Origin: Candidatus Latescibacterota bacterium
GTDB lineage: Bacteria > Latescibacterota > UBA2968 > GCA-2709665
Length of the DNA: 64,000 nucleotides
Reading direction: 5' to 3'
Assembly (NCBI GenBank): GCA_965226795.1
Contig: CBDDDZ010000004.1
Span: forward strand, 800,001 to 864,000
Shown here in pieces: positions 60,599 to 64,000 of this stretch. Every line of letters begins with the position of its first letter. Positions within the stretch are counted from its first letter, which is position 1. The notes under the pieces were generated by a model. The model did no database searches. It was not told where the DNA came from and worked only from the letters and a program-made list of their open reading frames with translations. A program made the translations under genes and the position numbers.

Positions 60599-63013
60599 AT
60601 GACGCGGATGGCAGACACAACGGAATTGAAGGCGCCGTTCTTGCCGGCGGAGGAGAATGAATTGAGCCGCCGGTACCTGAGGATGATCGAAAAGTGGATT
60701 CCGGTGGGCATCGAGTATTTCCGGGAATGGCCGGACCGGCCGAACTGCGGGCATTTTTTCGGCGGGTGTCACTGGTATGGAAACGAGACGGCGCCGCCCG
60801 TGGAGACATTCGCCCTGGCCAGCGTCTCGCCGGAGTACGATGAGAAAGGGGTTGGCGTATCCCGGGACGACCTTCAGCGCATGGCAATTATGGGATTGCG
60901 CTATCTTTGTTTCACACACGACTCCGGGCCGGCGGATTGCGTGCGGCCCAGCGTGGGAATGGGCCGGCCGGAGATCTGCGGAACCAAGTGGGGGGAACGA
61001 GGATTGGGGTTCTTCAAGGAAAGCCAGTGCGGCCATGGGATCTCGGCCCTGGGGCGCGTCTGCCTGTTGCTGCGGGACCGGGTGGACGATGAAACCTGGA
61101 TGATGATGGCTCGTGTCCACGCGGACTATGCCGGCAGGTTCGGGGATATGGCGCCGAAGAGCGGGATCTACGTCGACACGCAGATGGAAGAGAATGCCTG
61201 GACGTCCAACGGATTGACGTCGTGCTTCCTGTTTCTGGAACGCCACGAAAGTGCGGCTCAGTGGGAGGCCACCTGCAGACGATGGATGTATTCCACCTGC
61301 GCGGCGCCCCAGGATGCGAAGGACCGCGGCGAGTTGAACGGCGCCACGGCGGGGGCGCTTGCAGGAAAGACGTTTACGGCGCTGCCGGATTACTGGGCGG
61401 AAAACCACGGGATGGTGCATCCGAACTACACCGCGTCGGGCGTTCGGCCGCTCACTTCGGCGGGAGCACAATTGAAGCTGTGGGGACGGGAACTGCCGCC
61501 GGAGGTGTTCTGGAACCGCCGCAGGGTGTATGAGAACCTTAAGGCGATGACCGACGGGTCCGGATATGCCCAGGCCGTGCAGGGGATGGACTGGCACTAT
61601 CTGCCGTCCACGGGAAGCGAGACCCCGCATTCCGCGGCGGCTGTGTTTTTTGACGACCCGGACGCCGCCGCGCTGCTGCGCAGAGGACTCCGGAACGCGG
61701 AACTGCGGCAGGATGGAAACGGGGGTCGGATGTACGACAGGGAATTCTCCATGAGGGCGCACGACCAGCAGGATCCGATGATCATGCGGGAAGTCACCAT
61801 TGGCGCCATCGCGCACCAGTATCTTTTTCACCGCTTGTTCGGTCCCGGCGCGAAACCCACCCCGGAAGATGAACTGGAACGGCGATTGGCAGGCGTGCGG
61901 GAATACCCGCACGCGGGTTTCGTCCATCACCGGCATCCCAAAGGGCAGACTTCCTTTTCCTGGCGGAATTCCGTGATGGCGATGCCGCTCACGAGAGAGG
62001 GAATCTATACGATAGCGCCCTGTTCGGATAGCTGGCTGGGCAGGCCGGTGGTGAAGGGACGGCCGGACAGCCATCGACTGAAGCAGGTGAGGGTGACCGA
62101 CTATGACGACGGATTCGCCGCTGCGATGGTTATGGACCGGTGCCAGGAGTCACTGCGGCAGCAGGTGTTGTTCGCCAGTCTGCCGGATGGACGCGCGCTT
62201 TCATTCGAACGGTTCACCGCCATGGAAGATCTGACGGTGGAATCGCTCGACCAGGGGTTCCTGCGGATCACCAATGAATATTTTCCGTTGCTCGAGCCGA
62301 ACTGCAGGGGCGTTCGCGCACTGTATCGCCCCGACGGGTCAACCGACTACAGAGGCTGGCTCGGCGATCGCGAGGAGGACGATATCCAGGATCGCCTCGG
62401 CAAGCCCGAATGGTTGAATATTGACGACCGGCTGGGCATTGTATTTTCGGGAACGGGCGACGCGACTTATCTCAATCGGCACTATTACAAACCGTATCGC
62501 GCCATCGCGGATGATCTCACACTTTCTCGCCTGGATCAAGAAAGGGCGCTGCGGGCGGGTGAGGAAGGCGGATCCCTGGCGGCGTTGCTGATTCCCGAGC
62601 AGGCCCACGAAGACACGGCTTCAAGTCGCCTCGACGTCCTGACCGGGCCGGACCAGAGCGCCTGCCTGGTTGCGGACGGCTTTCTCGCGGCGGCCAATTT
62701 CGACACGGAACGCAGGGTGTGTGGGTTTACCCAGGCCCGGCGGGAGGAAGTCCACGTTTATGCCGGCACTTCAGTGGACGTGAGCGAAGATTCAGTTCGG
62801 TATGGCGTCCCGCTCAACAGCGAGAGCGCCTGTTTGCTGGCCAAGACACATTCGCTGCGTGTGAATGGAGATATACGGGTGGATACGGCGCCGGATGGCG
62901 CGATCTATGTGACAAACACCGATACGGATCATCTGGTCGTCGAGATTGCAGACGGGGAAGATGCGGGAGAGGAGCGGGCGATCGGCGCCGGGCAGACCAT
63001 ACGTATCGTATAG
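60599..63013 (+). CDS. Hypothetical protein, ~804 aa (paralog of 52495..54909)
   Basis: CGHFFGGxHWYG, KWGERG, DTQMEENAWT and ENHGMVHP shared with the paralog. Confidence 0.88.
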   Translation: MTRMADTTELKAPFLPAEENELSRRYLRMIEKWIPVGIEYFREWPDRPNCGHFFGGCHWYGNETAPPVETFALASVSPEYDEKGVGVSRDDLQRMAIMGLRYLCFTHDSGPADCVRPSVGMGRPEICGTKWGERGLGFFKESQCGHGISALGRVCLLLRDRVDDETWMMMARVHADYAGRFGDMAPKSGIYVDTQMEENAWTSNGLTSCFLFLERHESAAQWEATCRRWMYSTCAAPQDAKDRGELNGATAGALAGKTFTALPDYWAENHGMVHPNYTASGVRPLTSAGAQLKLWGRELPPEVFWNRRRVYENLKAMTDGSGYAQAVQGMDWHYLPSTGSETPHSAAAVFFDDPDAAALLRRGLRNAELRQDGNGGRMYDREFSMRAHDQQDPMIMREVTIGAIAHQYLFHRLFGPGAKPTPEDELERRLAGVREYPHAGFVHHRHPKGQTSFSWRNSVMAMPLTREGIYTIAPCSDSWLGRPVVKGRPDSHRLKQVRVTDYDDGFAAAMVMDRCQESLRQQVLFASLPDGRALSFERFTAMEDLTVESLDQGFLRITNEYFPLLEPNCRGVRALYRPDGSTDYRGWLGDREEDDIQDRLGKPEWLNIDDRLGIVFSGTGDATYLNRHYYKPYRAIADDLTLSRLDQERALRAGEEGGSLAALLIPEQAHEDTASSRLDVLTGPDQSACLVADGFLAAANFDTERRVCGFTQARREEVHVYAGTSVDVSEDSVRYGVPLNSESACLLAKTHSLRVNGDIRVDTAPDGAIYVTNTDTDHLVVEIADGEDAGEERAIGAGQTIRIV

Positions 63014-63054
63014 GCAACGACCGGAAACGTTCGTTGCCCTTAGAAAGTCCTTCG

Positions 63055-63302
63055 CCGACCCTTCGACCCTTCGACACCCTTCGACAGGCTCAGGGCGAGC
63101 GCTCAGGGAGCGGCTCACGGGACGGTATAGGTGCCACAGTTCAGGATGCGGGCTCAATGACGTTCGTTACACTTGTCGAAACGAGCGGTCGAAATGTGGA
63201 CGCTGCCTGTGCTGAGTTTGTCGAAGCAAGCTTGTCGAAGCGCGTTCATTGAGCTTGTCGAAATGCGCGTTTCGCTACCCGTTCGGTGCCCTTCGACAGG
63301 CC
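63055..63302. repeat. Cluster of degenerate REP-like elements
   Basis: cccttcga(c) three times at ~63059-63085 and once at ~63289; complementary ttgtcgaa four times in 63170-63262. Confidence 0.65.
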
Positions 63303-63350
63303 CAATTTCGGCAATCTATTTCCGGGACAGAACACCAAGGAGGCATTTCC

Positions 63351-64000
63351 TTGACCGATCAATGCATGCTACAAAACAACGCCCTTTGTCTGAAATGGGA
63401 GGGTGGGGATCTGCAGGTGGAGAATCGGCTTTCGGGCACGCGCCGCTCGTTTGACTTTCCGGCATTCATGATCCGTCTGGGAGACGTGGAGATTCCGGCC
63501 GACTGCTTTGTCCGGACCGGTATGCAGTCCGGTACGGATGAGGTGGCGTTCGACTATCGGCACGAATCGACCGGCATTCGGGTCCGGGTGCGGTACTGGA
63601 TCGATGGAGACAATCCCTGGTTCAGGAAGCAATTGACGCTTCAGGCGCCGGACATTCCGAGCGCACCGACCCCGGACCGGCTCTGGGTGGACATACAGGA
63701 ACAACCTCCGCGGCCGATTCGGCGGGTCGGATACGGCGTCCGCGGCGGGCCCGACGTAGAAGAACAGATCGGGCTCGACTCCTACGCTCCCCCTGTACCG
63801 GGGTGCGGGTATCCGGTCTGGGCCGGTGACTGGTTCGCCGGTCTGGAGCATCCGGTGGGGTTTGCCGTTCCCGGAGAAAGGCTGGAACTCTTCCACCACC
63901 CTGTATGGGACAATGAGCGACGCATCGAGAGCTACACGGCGGTCTACGGCGCGGCAGAAAGCCACGAGACCGTGCGAGACGCGTTTATGGACTATCTGTG
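63351..64000 (+). CDS. 5' part of a large protein, possibly glycoside-hydrolase-associated (runs off window)
   Basis: AGGAGG RBS, TTG start, frame MTDQCMLQNNALCLKW...WFRKQL...GYPVWAGDWFAGLEHP appears open to the edge. Confidence 0.65.
   Translation, partial: MTDQCMLQNNALCLKWEGGDLQVENRLSGTRRSFDFPAFMIRLGDVEIPADCFVRTGMQSGTDEVAFDYRHESTGIRVRVRYWIDGDNPWFRKQLTLQAPDIPSAPTPDRLWVDIQEQPPRPIRRVGYGVRGGPDVEEQIGLDSYAPPVPGCGYPVWAGDWFAGLEHPVGFAVPGERLELFHHPVWDNERRIESYTAVYGAAESHETVRDAFMDYL

Noticed and set aside
63055..63302. CRISPR array
   Set aside because: Repeats are short, occur in both orientations, are irregularly spaced, and no cas genes are present

Overview
GC-rich bacterial DNA. The mix of cohesin/dockerin-like, cadherin, FN3 and LRR surface proteins, phytanoyl-CoA dioxygenases, a sulfatase and a heparinase resembles sponge-symbiont lineages such as Latescibacterota/Poribacteria; this is inference only. 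Five blocks. (1) 1-14.4 kb: a lower-GC defence/TA island entirely on the minus strand: DUF433, MNT-HEPN, DUF1828/1829, a translationally coupled DUF4365-unknown-SIR2 operon that is partly duplicated at the window start, an MmeI-type RM gene, an Rx4H protein, AAA+DUF4276, VapBC, and several deletion scars. (2) 14.6-25 kb: metabolic genes (frameshifted GcvT/DMG oxidase, 1-Cys peroxiredoxin, HAD, two PhyH dioxygenases, sulfatase, TPP enzyme). (3) 25.2-26.9 kb: three tandem lipoprotein copies at a 617-bp period. (4) 27.3-46.8 kb: two giant paralogous surface proteins with a shared scaffold but different C-terminal tips, plus an IS4, lying between two diverged copies of the hisG 3' half. Upstream is a methyltransferase-hisI-hisG unit preceded by an unannotated His-rich leader peptide with terminator and antiterminator. 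(5) 47.7-64 kb: a catabolic cluster (amidohydrolase pair, M81 peptidase, heparinase II/III, BNR/sialidase, two paralogous ~800-aa unknowns). Many single-base and templated indels may be assembly errors. No rRNA, tRNA or CRISPR array was seen. All family calls come from motif recognition, not database searches.
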